Shown here: positions 1-11,127 of the stretch, one piece after another | Layout: every line of letters starts with the position of its first letter | How positions within the stretch are numbered: position 1 is the stretch's first letter | Source of the DNA: Octopus sinensis | Lineage: Eukaryota | Length of the DNA stretch: 64,000 nt | NCBI RefSeq assembly: GCF_006345805.1 | Contig: NW_021833065.1 | Coordinates: 186,001-250,000 of the forward strand | Direction of reading: 5' to 3' | The notes under the pieces: generated by a model | What the model was told of the DNA's origin: nothing | Seen by the model: only the letters and a program-made list of their open reading frames with translations | Databases searched by the model: none | Program-made: the position numbers and the translations under genes

Positions 1-183
1 CAGACAAATGGATTAAGTCGATTACATCGACCCCAGTGTGTAACTGGTACTTAATTTATCGACCCCAAAAGGATGAAAGGCAAAGTCAACCTTGGCGGAA
101 TTTGAACTCAGAATGTAACGGCAGACGAAATACGGCTACGCATTTCGCCCGGCGTGCTAACGATTCTGCCAGCTCGCCGCCCT
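1..183 (-). mobile_element. tRNA-derived SINE, family A (Meta-domain-like core), truncated by window edge
   Basis: Minus strand reads GGCGAGCTGGCAGAATCGTTAGC (A-box-like) ... GAGTTCAAATTCC (B-box) ... GCCTTTCATCCTTTTGGGGTCGATAAATTAAGTACCAG; near-identical copies at 47439 and 48771. Confidence 0.9.
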
Positions 184-979
184 TACTGAAGAGGAGATAC
201 ATGCTTCTTAGCTGGAATGGGAGAAAAGACATGGTAAAAGTGTACCTTCAAAGTACAAGGTGAATATAAGGGAAAGAATTGGAATGGAGGAATTGAAGGG
301 AAGGGTAGGTAAGTTCCCAAGGGTGTGAAAGGAAACTAATATATGGTTAGAGAAGGGAATAGAGGTAGGTGCAGTAAATAGAACACATAGCTAGAGACAC
401 AGTCAGTGATGAGTATTAGTTTGGGGAAGATGTGAAGGAAATTGTATTGGGTCAAGGATGAAGAAGAGGGGATAAATGAGAGTAAAAGGGAGACAATGTA
501 AAGTATAGTGGAGATATATAGTGAATAATCTTGTTGTTAATGAAAGAATCTGAGTTAGAAGATGAGTTGTGGGAGAAATGATATCCTTTATTTGTTATAT
601 TCAGTATCCATCTATATCATTTTTATTGTTACTCTGGTGTTTTCTATACATCTAGATTCATATGTAATATTATAAATAGTTTAGTTTAAAGTGCAGTGGA
701 TGGCAGAATCACATAGATCTGTATAGTTACTGGATACAGCCCCTCCTCTAGACTAATCTTCATCATTATTATTTTAATGTTTACTTTTCCATTCTTGCAT
801 GGGTCAACTGAGACTTATTGAAGCAGATTTCTAATCAGATGCTCTTCCTAATGCCAACACTCTCCTGTTTCCAAGCAATGTTATATTTACCCTCATCTTT
901 GAACACAAACAGTACGATGAACAGGCATTCATTACTTCACAAATTTCCCAGAGGATATTATATTTAAAGATTGCAAATA

Positions 980-1133
980 ATTGATGCACACGCATGTGAC
1001 AGGCTTCCACACAATTTCTGCTTATCAAATTCACTAGTAAGATATTGGCCACCCCAGGGCTATGGTAGAAGACACTAGCCCAAGATGCTGCACTGGGACT
1101 CAGCCCCAAACCTTGTAATTGCAAAGCAAACTT
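980..1133 (-). mobile_element. degenerate SINE family B fragment
   Basis: GTAGAAGACACTAGCCCAAGATGC...TGGGACT matches the family B copy at 8735-9180. Confidence 0.65.
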
Positions 1134-1189
1134 CTTTTTTTTTTATACATCCTGCAATTGTGACCTTACAACCCAATTTCTTTGAATGG

Positions 1190-1740
1190 TGCTAAAACTT
1201 AATTGCTACACTTATTTACACATGCCATTAACACTGTATCCGTTATCAACACTCCTTACACGGAAAATTGACAATCTATGGTATCTCATGAAAGCTGTAC
1301 ATACTTCACATAACAAAGTATCACAAAGGCTAGGTTTCCTTTTGAAAACAAAACAATATTTCAAGTGTAAATAGCTCTTCATTTTGGGCCTTAAATTAGT
1401 GTTGCTCATGTATGAGGAACAGCACATCATACTAATATACTAGACATATTCCAAGCCACATCTAAGAAACAGCATAATTGTCAAACTTTCATTTATGCAC
1501 TGGTCTCTCACCAGGATGTATCCTACAATAAACTTTGCTACTTTGACTAAACCTACCACCAAAAGCTATACTATAAATTCACTAAATTTATCTCCTTATG
1601 CTCCTAATTACATCATTGTAGCAACTTTCAAATTTTATAATTTATATTTCCTGAGAGCTATCTCTCTCTGGAACTCTGTTCAAGCTAGTATTGTTCCTCC
1701 ACATACTCATCACCAGTAATTCAAAATGAATATTTAGTGA
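1190..1740 (+). mobile_element. degenerate CR1/L2-type LINE 3' remnant
   Basis: Broken frames give KVSQRLGFL..KQYF and YFLRAISLWNSVQASIV...FKMNI, resembling the KASQRLGFL and FFPRTxxLWNSLP motifs of CR1/L2-clade ORF2 C-termini. Confidence 0.6.
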
Positions 1741-2336
1741 CACTAAACTTATCAAATTAATCCACTCCCCTAAAGTGTTAAAAGTAGTGTGTTTGTGTGT
1801 GTAAAGACTGAGTAATTTGTATGTTGTTTAATTTAAATGATAAAAAATTAGCACCACTTCTCTAAAGGATAATTGAGAAAGAATATGCTTGGTTTTTAAG
1901 CTATTTGAATTGGGGAAATGGTTGGTGTTTCTTAAAATTGAAAGACTCATGATGAGTATTCAAATTTTGATACAATTTGTTGGTACAGTTTTAAAAAGGA
2001 AGAGTTGCCTTCTGTATTCTACCATACAGAAACTTGGAAGAGCAAAAACATATGTGATGGGAATCAGGAAATTGCATAGAGTGAGATTCATTAATCTAAT
2101 AACCTCTGTTTCTTTTGATCAATAGTTGATTATATATTATCTCGTTGTGCTGATGATTATTGTGTCATTCATATTTTGGATTACTGTTTCTAGTGTTGTC
2201 ACGAGTTGATGGCATGATACATTTGAATTCCAAATTGAAGTCAAATGATCTCTTTATGTTCTAGTGGCTGTCTTTTGTCATTTGAGTCATTCTTTGTACT
2301 CCCACATTGTGTCACAAACATATAAATTTCACAGTT

Positions 2337-2367
<31 letters not shown>

Positions 2368-3427
2368 GCAGGTTTAATTTATTTTGTTTCTCTTTGAATG
2401 TTTCATTCATGACTGAATTTGTTCTTTTGTGTGTAGGCTTTTTGTTTTGGTTTCGCCTGTTTTTTCGTTTTAAAAAAAAACATTTATCATCATCACTTCT
2501 CATGTTACCTAATAACTCTTCTTCAAGAACAAAATCTGTTAGTTATAAAGAATATCACTTTACATAAAAGTTAAGAGTGCTTTGTGTTTATAAGTTAGTC
2601 ATTCTGCTCCTCAGATCATCCCTGGCATATTCCAGCCACCACTGCTCTATCTTTTTAGGAGTGTGCAGAAATACATCACCTAATTTAATAAAGAAAGATA
2701 TGTGTGATTTGAGGGTAATTTGGCTGCTACTTCTAATAAGTTGAATGACTCTGTAGAGGATTGCTTGTTAGAGGTGATGTGGTGTGTGTTTTTATATCTG
2801 TTGTATATACCAGTGTAAAACTGTGTTGTATATTTTTGTGCCAGAAGATAGTTTAGTGAATAAGTAAAGATGAAATAATTACCAGATTGAAACAAGTTCT
2901 AGATGTCAATAAAATTGGCTAAAATTCTTGAAAGCAGTACCCACTTTGGCTTCAGTTCAATGAATGAAACCAGTAAAAGGACATGATTTTCAAGGGTCAT
3001 TTTTGTTTTATTCTAAGATATCAAGAAAGTATTGTTATACACTCATCATTTCTTGTTCCATCTTACTTATAAATGAATGAAACTATATATTATTGTTGAT
3101 GCAGAAGTTCTTTATTGCATATTGATTAAACATTGAGAACTTAAGAGGTTATTCACTGGTTATGTTCCCAAATTTGGGTTTCAACATTTTCTACAAGTCG
3201 TAGGAAAAAATATTTTATTTTAAACAAGCAGAACATACTTTATTATCATCGTCAAAATGAATTAGTGACTTGGTTTGTTAAATTTCATCAATCTAAGTTG
3301 AAATCCTGCCAGGATTAATTTTACATTTATCCTTTTGGAGTCAGTATGATTTGTACAACATGTACAGGGATCAAGTCAATCATTTATACATTTCCCTACA
3401 AGTTTTTGCTTGGCACAGTAGTGATAA

Positions 3428-5256
3428 GTCTGCTTTCCATGCTGGCATGGGTTAGACGGTTTGACTGGGGACTGGCAAACCAGGAGGCCACACTAGGCTC
3501 CAATCTGATCTGGTAAGGTTTCTACAGCTGGATGCCCTTCCTAACGCCAACCACTCCGAGAATGCAGTGGGTGCTTTTTACGTGCCACCAGCACAGGTGC
3601 CAGTCAGGCGGTACTGGCATCGGCCACATTCATATGGTACTTTTTATGTGCTACAGGCATAGGAGCCAGTCAGGGCTGGCTTCTTGCCACCAGCACAGGG
3701 AGCCAGTCAAGCGGCACTGGCATCAGCCACAACTACAATTTCTATTTGATTGTGATTTGATTTTTGATTTTACTTGACTCAACAGGTCTCCTCAAGCACA
3801 GCATGTTGCCCGATGATTCAAGGTACTTTTTAAATGGGTTAGTTATGCAGCATTGATATAGGCTACAGCTGTGATCTCCCTTTACTTGCCAGGTCTTCTC
3901 GATCACAGCATATCTCCAGAGGTCTCGATCTTTCTTCATTGCCTCTGTGAGGCTCAACGTTCGAAGGTCATGTTTCACCACCTCATCCCATGTCTTCCTG
4001 GGTCTCCCTCTTCCATGGGTTCCTTCCAGTGTTAGGGAGTGACACTTCTTCGCACAGCTCTCCTCATTCATACGCAGCACATGACCATACCAGTGCATTT
4101 GTCTCTCTTGCACACCACATCTGATGCTTCTTATGTCCAATATTTCTCTCAAGATGCTTACACTCTGTCGTGTGTGCACACTGACATTACACATCCAGCG
4201 GATCACACTAGCTTCATTTCTTTCAAGCCTACGCACGTCTTTAGCAGTCACGGCCCATGTTTCACTGCTGTGTAGCATGGCAGTTTGCACACATGCATCA
4301 TACTGCCTTTCACTCTGAGTGAGAGGCCCTTTGTCACCAGTAGCGGTAGGAGCTTTCTGAACTTTGCCCAAGCTATTCTTATTCTAGTGGCAATGCTCTC
4401 TGAGCACCCAACCCCACTACAGACTTGGTCACCTAGGTAGCGGAAGCTATCAACTACTTCCAGTTTCTTCCACTGGCATGTGATGGAATCTGTTTTCTGA
4501 GCATCTGCGATGCTTATTGCCCCTGTGCATCTGCTGCACACAAAAGCTATCATCCCAGTTAACCTTCCTTTGATGTTGCTGCACCTCTTATGCATCGACA
4601 GCTTACACTGAGTACATCTTATGGAGTTTCTCCCTACACCTTTCCTACAGATCAAGTAGGGCCATCTACCTGAAGTGACTTGTGATGTGTTCGCCTTCCT
4701 ACTTACTTGGACTTTGGCTTTTGCAACATTGACTCTAAGGCCCTTCGATTCTAAACCTTGCTTCTATACCTGAAATTACTTCTCTAGTTCTATGAGAGCA
4801 AGGTCATCAGCATAGAGGAGCTCCCAGAGGCATCATGTCTTGAATTCCTCTGTTATTGCCTGGAGGACTATGATGAAGAAGAGGTGGGTTGAGGGCTGAT
4901 CCTTGGCGAACCCCTACTTCTACCCAGAATTCTTCACTATACTCATTGCCAACCCTAACTTTACTAGTAGCATCTCTGTACAGGGCCTGTGCAGCTCTTA
5001 TTAACCACTAGTTAATCCCTAGTTTCTGCATCACCCACCAAATAAGGGATTCGGGAACCTTGTCAAAGGCCTTCTCCAAGTCAACAAAAGCCAAGTATAG
5101 GGATTTATCTTTTGTTAAGTATTTCTCCTGCAGTGCTTTACCAGGAATATAGCATCAGTGTTGCTTTTCCCTGGTACAAAATCAAACTGCATCTCATCTA
5201 AACAGACTCTCTCCCTAATTAGTTGGGCTATGACCCTCTCCATGACCTTCATCACC
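3428..5256 (-). mobile_element. RTE-clade LINE, 5'-truncated (RT C-terminal half plus 3'UTR), frameshifted
   Basis: Minus-strand motifs MERVIAQLIRE..DEMQF.FVPGKS.TDAIF, DLEKAFD, VGVRQG, WELLYADDL (about 4801-4830), VDSFRYLG, GRGRPRKTWDEVVKHDL..DRDLWR; 3'UTR with internal GTGCCACCAGCAC repeats. Confidence 0.93.
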
Positions 5257-5551
5257 ATTTGAGCGTGATTATTGCCAACGTTGCCTGACTGGCTCCTGTG
5301 GTGGTGGCACGTAAAAAGCACCATTTGAGCGTGGTCAATGCCAGTACCACCTGACTGGCCCTCATGTCGGTGGCACATAAAAGCACCGACTACACTCTCA
5401 GAGTGGTTGGCGTTAGGAAGGGCATCCAGCTGTAGAAACATTGCCAGATCAGATTGGAGCCTGGTGCAGCCTTCTGGCTAGCCAGCCCTCAGTAAAACTG
5501 TCCAACCCATGCCAACATGGAAAGCAGATGTTAAATGACAATGATGATGAT
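5253..5551 (+). mobile_element. RTE 3'-end fragment with (GAT)n tail, inverted relative to 3428-5256
   Basis: GAGTGGTTGGCGTTAGGAAGGGCATCCAGCTGTAGAAAC...CATGGAAAGCAGATGTTAAATGACAATGATGATGA is the reverse complement of about 3428-3610. Confidence 0.9.
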
Positions 5552-6427
5552 TGTTCGTGTGTGTATGTGTGTATCATCATACGTCCATGTTCCATGCTAG
5601 CATGGGTGGGACGGTACCACAAGAGCCGGCCAGGCCGAAACCAGTACCGGACTTCTGTGACTGTTTTGGCATGATTTTTACAATTGGATGCCCTTATACA
5701 CACACACATATCTCACATGATGTTTGTACAGTATCTTTTATTTCTATAAGAAGCAGCTGGTTTCTAATTAAGAAACTAAACTGGAATCTAAGTAATGACA
5801 GTATAGAATAGAGATGCCTACTTTCACCCCAAGCAATTTTTAACATGCAGTTCAATGGAGAGAAAATCTTAATTCTGTAAAATGCACTGTTGCAATATTT
5901 ATTGCTTTTAAATAGAAATATTCAAAATTTATGTCCGTAAAAGTAATTGTCAATTTTTAAATAGCTGTTTATTTATACATAAAAAATATTATCTATTGCC
6001 TTAGAGTAATGGCGACTCTTTTAACAGATTTAAAGTGACTATCAAAATAAACTATGCTTAATGAAATATATATTCTCTCTCTCTCATGAACTGAAGCATT
6101 TTTTTAATAATTTTATCATTAAATGTCAAATTAAAGGACAATATACAAATTTCTATTTACTAATTTCTTACTTCCTTCATAAACTATAATGATTTATTTA
6201 TACAGCTTTGCAGTATTCTGGAATATTTCATATCAAAGTTACTCTAAAATGCATGACACAAAATATTAGATAACATTACGCAGAAACTGTCATTTGAAAA
6301 TAGAATATTATTAAATAATGTAATATGTCTGGCAGAAATGTGGAGATATTTTTTCCAACCATTACATCAATAAATATTTCAGTAAACCCATTTACAACAG
6401 AATAATCTGGCTTTTGTAATCAATAAT

Positions 6428-6633
6428 ATTCTTTTCTACTCTAGGCACAAGGTCTGAAATTTTAGGGGAGGGGGTCAGTTGATTAGATCAACTCCAGTAT
6501 GCGACTGGTACTTAATTTATTGACCCCGAAAGGATGAAAGGCAAAGTCGACCTTTGCTGAATTTGAACTCAGAACATAGACAGACGAAATACTGCTAAGC
6601 ATTTCGCCCAGCATGCTAACGTTTTTGCCAGCC
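6428..6633 (-). mobile_element. SINE family A
   Basis: Shares CCCCGAAAGGATGAAAGGCAAAGTCGACC core and tRNA-like head with 1-183. Confidence 0.88.
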
Positions 6634-7127
6634 CCTAAAGATTGTTCTTAATCTTGTAGTATTTAACTGACTTATTAATTATTTCCATTTGAATGTACTG
6701 AAAGATGTACACTCAGAATTCTTCATGAATTGAAATTTTCCTTTTGGAGAAAGAAAACAAGTCGAGTAGCATTCATTAGCAATTAGCAAAGAAGATAACT
6801 TCCGTAAATTGATTTTAAAAAAGATTCTCACGCCTAAGGAGGATAATCTGAATTTTCTTATCCAGGACAGTGAAAATAACAGACCTGTTTCAGTTTTATT
6901 AGACATGATTAACAGAGCATAAACAAAGTTCCTTGATCAATAAACAAAGGCTTCTATGAATAATTTTTGGCATCAGTAATTTCCTTGACAAATTACATAT
7001 TATATACAGTAATTTCCTTAATAAAAAACAAAATTGAGCTAAGGGTTGTGTCCCAGATTGAAATAAATCAAGTATGTATGGATCTATTAAATGATGTATG
7101 CAAAAAAAAAAAACAAATAATACATCC

Positions 7128-7830
7128 ATACATGGTTGTGTGATTAAGAAGTTCCCTTTACAACCATGTGGTTCCAGGTTCAGTCCCACTGCATGGTTTC
7201 TTGGGCAATTGTCTTCTGTAGCTGAGGGCCAACCTATGCCTTGTGGGTGAATTTGGTAGACAGAAAGTGTATGAAGTCTATCATATATGTGTGTATATGT
7301 GTATGTGTCTTCTCCCATACCACTTGACACTTGGCAAAAAGAAACAAATAGAATAAGTACCAAGTCGCAGGCATGGCTGTGTGGTAAGAAGTCCCAACCA
7401 CATGGTTCCAGGTTCAGTCCTACTGCTTGGCAGCTTGGGCAAGTGTCTTCTACCATAGTCTTGAGCCAAGCTTTGTGAGTGGATTTGGTAGATGGAAACT
7501 GAAAGAAGCCCATTGTATATGTGTGTGTGTGTCTGTTTGTCCACCATCACTTGACAACCAATGTTGGTGTGTTTATGTCCTCATAACACAGTAGTTCAGC
7601 AAAAGAGACCAATAGAATAAGTATTAGTCTTACAAAGAATAAGTTCTGAGGTCAATTTCTTCAACTAAAACCCTTTGAGACAGTGCTCCAGCATGGCAGC
7701 AGTCAAACGGCTGAAACAAGTAAAAGACTCAAAAATAAATACTAGGCTCAATTTGTTCAACTAAACACCTCAAGGCAGTGCCCCAGCATGGCCACATCCA
7801 ATGACTGAAACAAGTAAAAGATAAAAGATA
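7128..7830 (+). mobile_element. two tandem tRNA-derived SINE family B copies (CORE-like CTTGGGCAAGT segment)
   Basis: Heads at about 7130 and 7370 (TGGCTGTGTGGTAAG ... GGTTCAGTCC), body GTGAGTGGATTTGGTAGATGGAAACTGAAAGAAGCC, duplicated 3' end ...GACTGAAACAAGTAAAAGA. Confidence 0.85.
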
Positions 7831-8256
7831 CGTACTTGAGCTTTATTTTTTTATCTATGTATTGGCTTATCTGAATTATTTCCTTTAAAAGATATGGATT
7901 TATTTTGTTCTCTTCCTTATTTTGCTATTGCATAGCAACTGATTTACAGAAAACGGATTCTTACATACGATAAGCCAGTTAGCTCTGGGTAGAAAGCACT
8001 GAATTCAGTATTGATTGACAGACGACAAATACCAAATTTTGACTTACTTAGAGCTCACTCATGAACTTAGTTATACTAATCTGTGCTTAATTTTAGAGCC
8101 ATCCCGTCATAACATTTCATTATGTTTATTTAAATTGTTTTATTTTTATTGTTTGAAAGTTTTCTTTACCCTCCTTAGTAGAATGTCTTTCAGTTATTAC
8201 TTTTTGTGACAGGTTTGAGCTAAAAGCTGTGTGTGTGTGTGTAAAAAAATATTAAG

Positions 8257-8400
8257 ACACATTGCCTAATAGTCATTGTTGGACTCGCAATGATAAGGTT
8301 GTGAGTTCAATACCTGGACTGGGTAGCATTTGTTCTTGAGCAAAGCACTTCTTTTCACATTCTCCAGTTTACTCGGTTGAAAATGAGCACCAGCCAAGTG
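8257..8400 (+). mobile_element. degenerate tRNA-derived SINE (third family)
   Basis: GAGTTCAATACC B-box followed by TTCTTGAGCAAAGCACTT...AAATGAGCACCAGC. Confidence 0.5.
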
Positions 8401-8407
8401 TTCACCC

Positions 8408-8472
<65 letters not shown>
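8408..8472. repeat. (CT)n(CA)n microsatellite
   Basis: Directly visible. Confidence 0.95.
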
Positions 8473-8473
<1 letters not shown>

Positions 8474-8734
8474 CCCCTTGCTGTTTCACACTGCAATAGG
8501 GCTGCAACTGTCTACTTAGCACTACATTGATACCTAAAGTAATTACCGAAAGCATGGTATATGCTACCAAATCACTTGCTTCTGAGTCATGGCTATAGTT
8601 TTCATCACCATTCAATATCCATGCTAGCATGATTTAAATGGTTTGACTGGATCTGTCAGGCCCAAGGACTGCATCATACTCCATTGTCTACTTTGGCATG
8701 TTTTCTACAGCTGAATTCCTTTCCTAAAACCACT

Positions 8735-8944
8735 TTACTCTTTACTCTTTTACTTGTTTCAGTCATTTGACTGTGGCCATCCTGGAGCACTGCCTTTAGT
8801 CGAGCAAATCAACCCCAGGACTTATTCTTTGTAAGCCTAGTACTTATTCTATCGGTCTCTTTTGCCGAACCGCTAAGTTATGGGGATGTAAACACACCAC
8901 CATCAGTTGTCAAGTGATGTTGGGGGACAAACACAGATACACAA

Positions 8945-8986
<42 letters not shown>

Positions 8987-9180
8987 ACATACACACATTT
9001 ATATACATACATACATACATACGACGGGCTTCTTTCAGTTTCCGTCTACCAAATCCACTCACAAGGCTTTGGTCAGCCAGCGGCTACAGTAGAAGACACT
9101 TGCCCAAGGTGCCACGCAGTGGGACTGGACCTGGAACCATGTGGTTTGTAAGCAAGCTACTTACCACACAGCCACTCCTT
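8735..9180 (-). mobile_element. full-length SINE family B with internal (CA)n/(TACA)n tract
   Basis: Minus strand AGGAGTGGCTGTGTGGTAAGTAGC...CACCTTGGGCAAGTGTCTTCTAC... ending in a GTAAAAGA-type repeat tail. Confidence 0.9.
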
Positions 9181-9692
9181 GCACTTTTTTTTTAATTTTG
9201 TGCCACCAGCACTGTTGAGGTTGCCATGCAGCTTGCAAGACAATGAACCTTGAGAGTGTGGACCCTCATGGTATGAAATGAATAGGAGTGGGAGGGCAGA
9301 AGTATAAAAGTTGACTTACTTTCATTGTAGACCATTTGTAATGAGTTTCAATTATAACAAAGGCATTATATTACCACCTTAAGCTAAACATGTTTATTGG
9401 TCTTATAAGAAATAATACCAATTATACTTTAGGGTAGTTTGGAATTAGTGCATCTGGAAAACTACTGCCACTTGTGCTTATAAATAGTAATTGTGTTGTT
9501 TCTTGATTAACTCTGAAGTTTACTGTTGACATTCCCATGTTGAGCTAAATCAGCAGTTGGTTTCAGTTTATGGCAGAAGCTACTTTCTGCAAAGTAAAAT
9601 AATGTTTATTACTTAACCCGTTCTTAAAAGTTTTTTTTTGTCCCCCTTATCTAACTTTCCTTCACTATTGATCCAACTCCATGTATCTACAG

Positions 9693-9727
9693 GCTTAAAT
9701 CACCTCACCTGGATTAGCAAATTATAA
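9693..9727 (+). CDS. candidate alternative terminal exon, phase 1: xLNHLTWISKL*
   Basis: CTAAC branch motif (about 9651-9655), pyrimidine-rich AG-free tract, TACAG acceptor at 9691-92; TAA at 9725-27. Phase is assumed. Confidence 0.3.
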
Positions 9728-10042
9728 TTTTTGCTTGATAGTAAATACAGCAGTCCAAATTTCAAACATATCCAAACAGTTAAGTGAGAACGACTGGGAA
9801 AGCATACATTTGAAAAGCAACTTATTTAACTTGTTTTTCTTCTTTTTAATTGTTATCAAGCTATTACTAGTGATATGTATGGATGCCTTTTGTTTTCCAC
9901 AAAATGAACATTCTAAAGTGAACATTTATTAGATTCTGAAATTATAAGAAAGATTATAAAGAATAATTTCTTATACCTTCATTGACCTATATATAGGCAA
10001 CTATGAAAGCATCTGAATCATCTTCCAGACCCAGCCATGACC

Positions 10043-10043
<1 letters not shown>

Positions 10044-10103
<60 letters not shown>
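10044..10103. repeat. (CT)n microsatellite
   Basis: Directly visible. Confidence 0.95.
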
Positions 10104-10108
<5 letters not shown>

Positions 10109-11112
10109 AATTCACGTTTGAAACTGATAAGATTATATTTTCATCACTTGTATTACTTCCACTGCTTCTAGTTTATGATAAATTTCATTTGTGGGCATGC
10201 TTAATGGAGACCTTTCTAAGCAAGTGTATTTATATATATTTATAGATAATTATTATAACATTTATATATATATCTATAGACAATGATTATAACAGAAGTA
10301 GTAGAACTGCAGAATGAAAAAAATGTAATATATGAAAATATGCAGTGACTTCTTGGATCTGGGAAGAACTGAAGTTAGATAAGGATGGCATAAATTAGAA
10401 TAAAGCAGGCATGAACAACTAAAAGGGAAGGGAAGGTACTGTCAACTTGACATATACAAAGCTGGTAAAACTATTCAGTTTGCTGTGCAAAGAAAGACTG
10501 AGAAATTCAAATGCATGCCCTAGAGTCAGGACCGCAGTTCCATGAGGATAACAGCATTATTATTTCTTGGATATTAGATATTGTGAAAATAGAGAAAATT
10601 AATTTTAAAATCAAATACCATAAATACATTAGCTTAAAATTTCCTTTGTTATTTGTCAATTACCTAAAAGTTAAGTTTATTGATCTTCGTTATATATTCA
10701 GTTTTTAATTGTTGAACTTATGTCTTATAATAGGATTGAAAATAATTTGCTATCATTTTGTTTTTCTTTTGATTAATGTTACAGTCAAAATTTTCCCCCC
10801 AATGAAATTCATTTGGAAAAACGTTCCTTTTTTTCCCCCCCCCCCAGCTGAAGTTCATGGCAGAATGATCATATAGAATTTCTTTCTTGTTTATTGATAA
10901 ATATTTCTGCATTGATCTTAGATTTTATATTAAAGCAGATTTTATTTGTAGCTGTTTTATGTTTGTGAACATTTGTTTCATGATACAATTTCTTTTTTCT
11001 CTTATTTATTAAAATTTTAATGTTTTTTGAAAATTTACTAAATATATTTTTGTATTGTTTAGAAATATCAGGCTTAATTATAAACTTCTTTTTTGTTTTT
11101 CAATTATAACAG

Positions 11113-11127
11113 ATATTTCATCTACAG
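11113..11127 (+). CDS. candidate 15-nt microexon ATATTTCATCTACAG (phase 1: xISST)
   Basis: U-rich tract, AACAG acceptor, CAG|GTAACC donor; length divisible by 3. Confidence 0.45.

Noticed and set aside
1-183. tRNA gene
   Set aside because: A/B boxes are present, but it is the head of a multi-copy SINE, not a complete cloverleaf.
2437-2543. 10-nt exon AACAAAATCT after a 90-nt AG-free tract
   Set aside because: AAG acceptor and TCT|GTTAGT donor are both weak; cannot be told from chance.
6899-7550. 204-aa minus-strand ORF
   Set aside because: Runs through antisense SINE copies; not protein-like.
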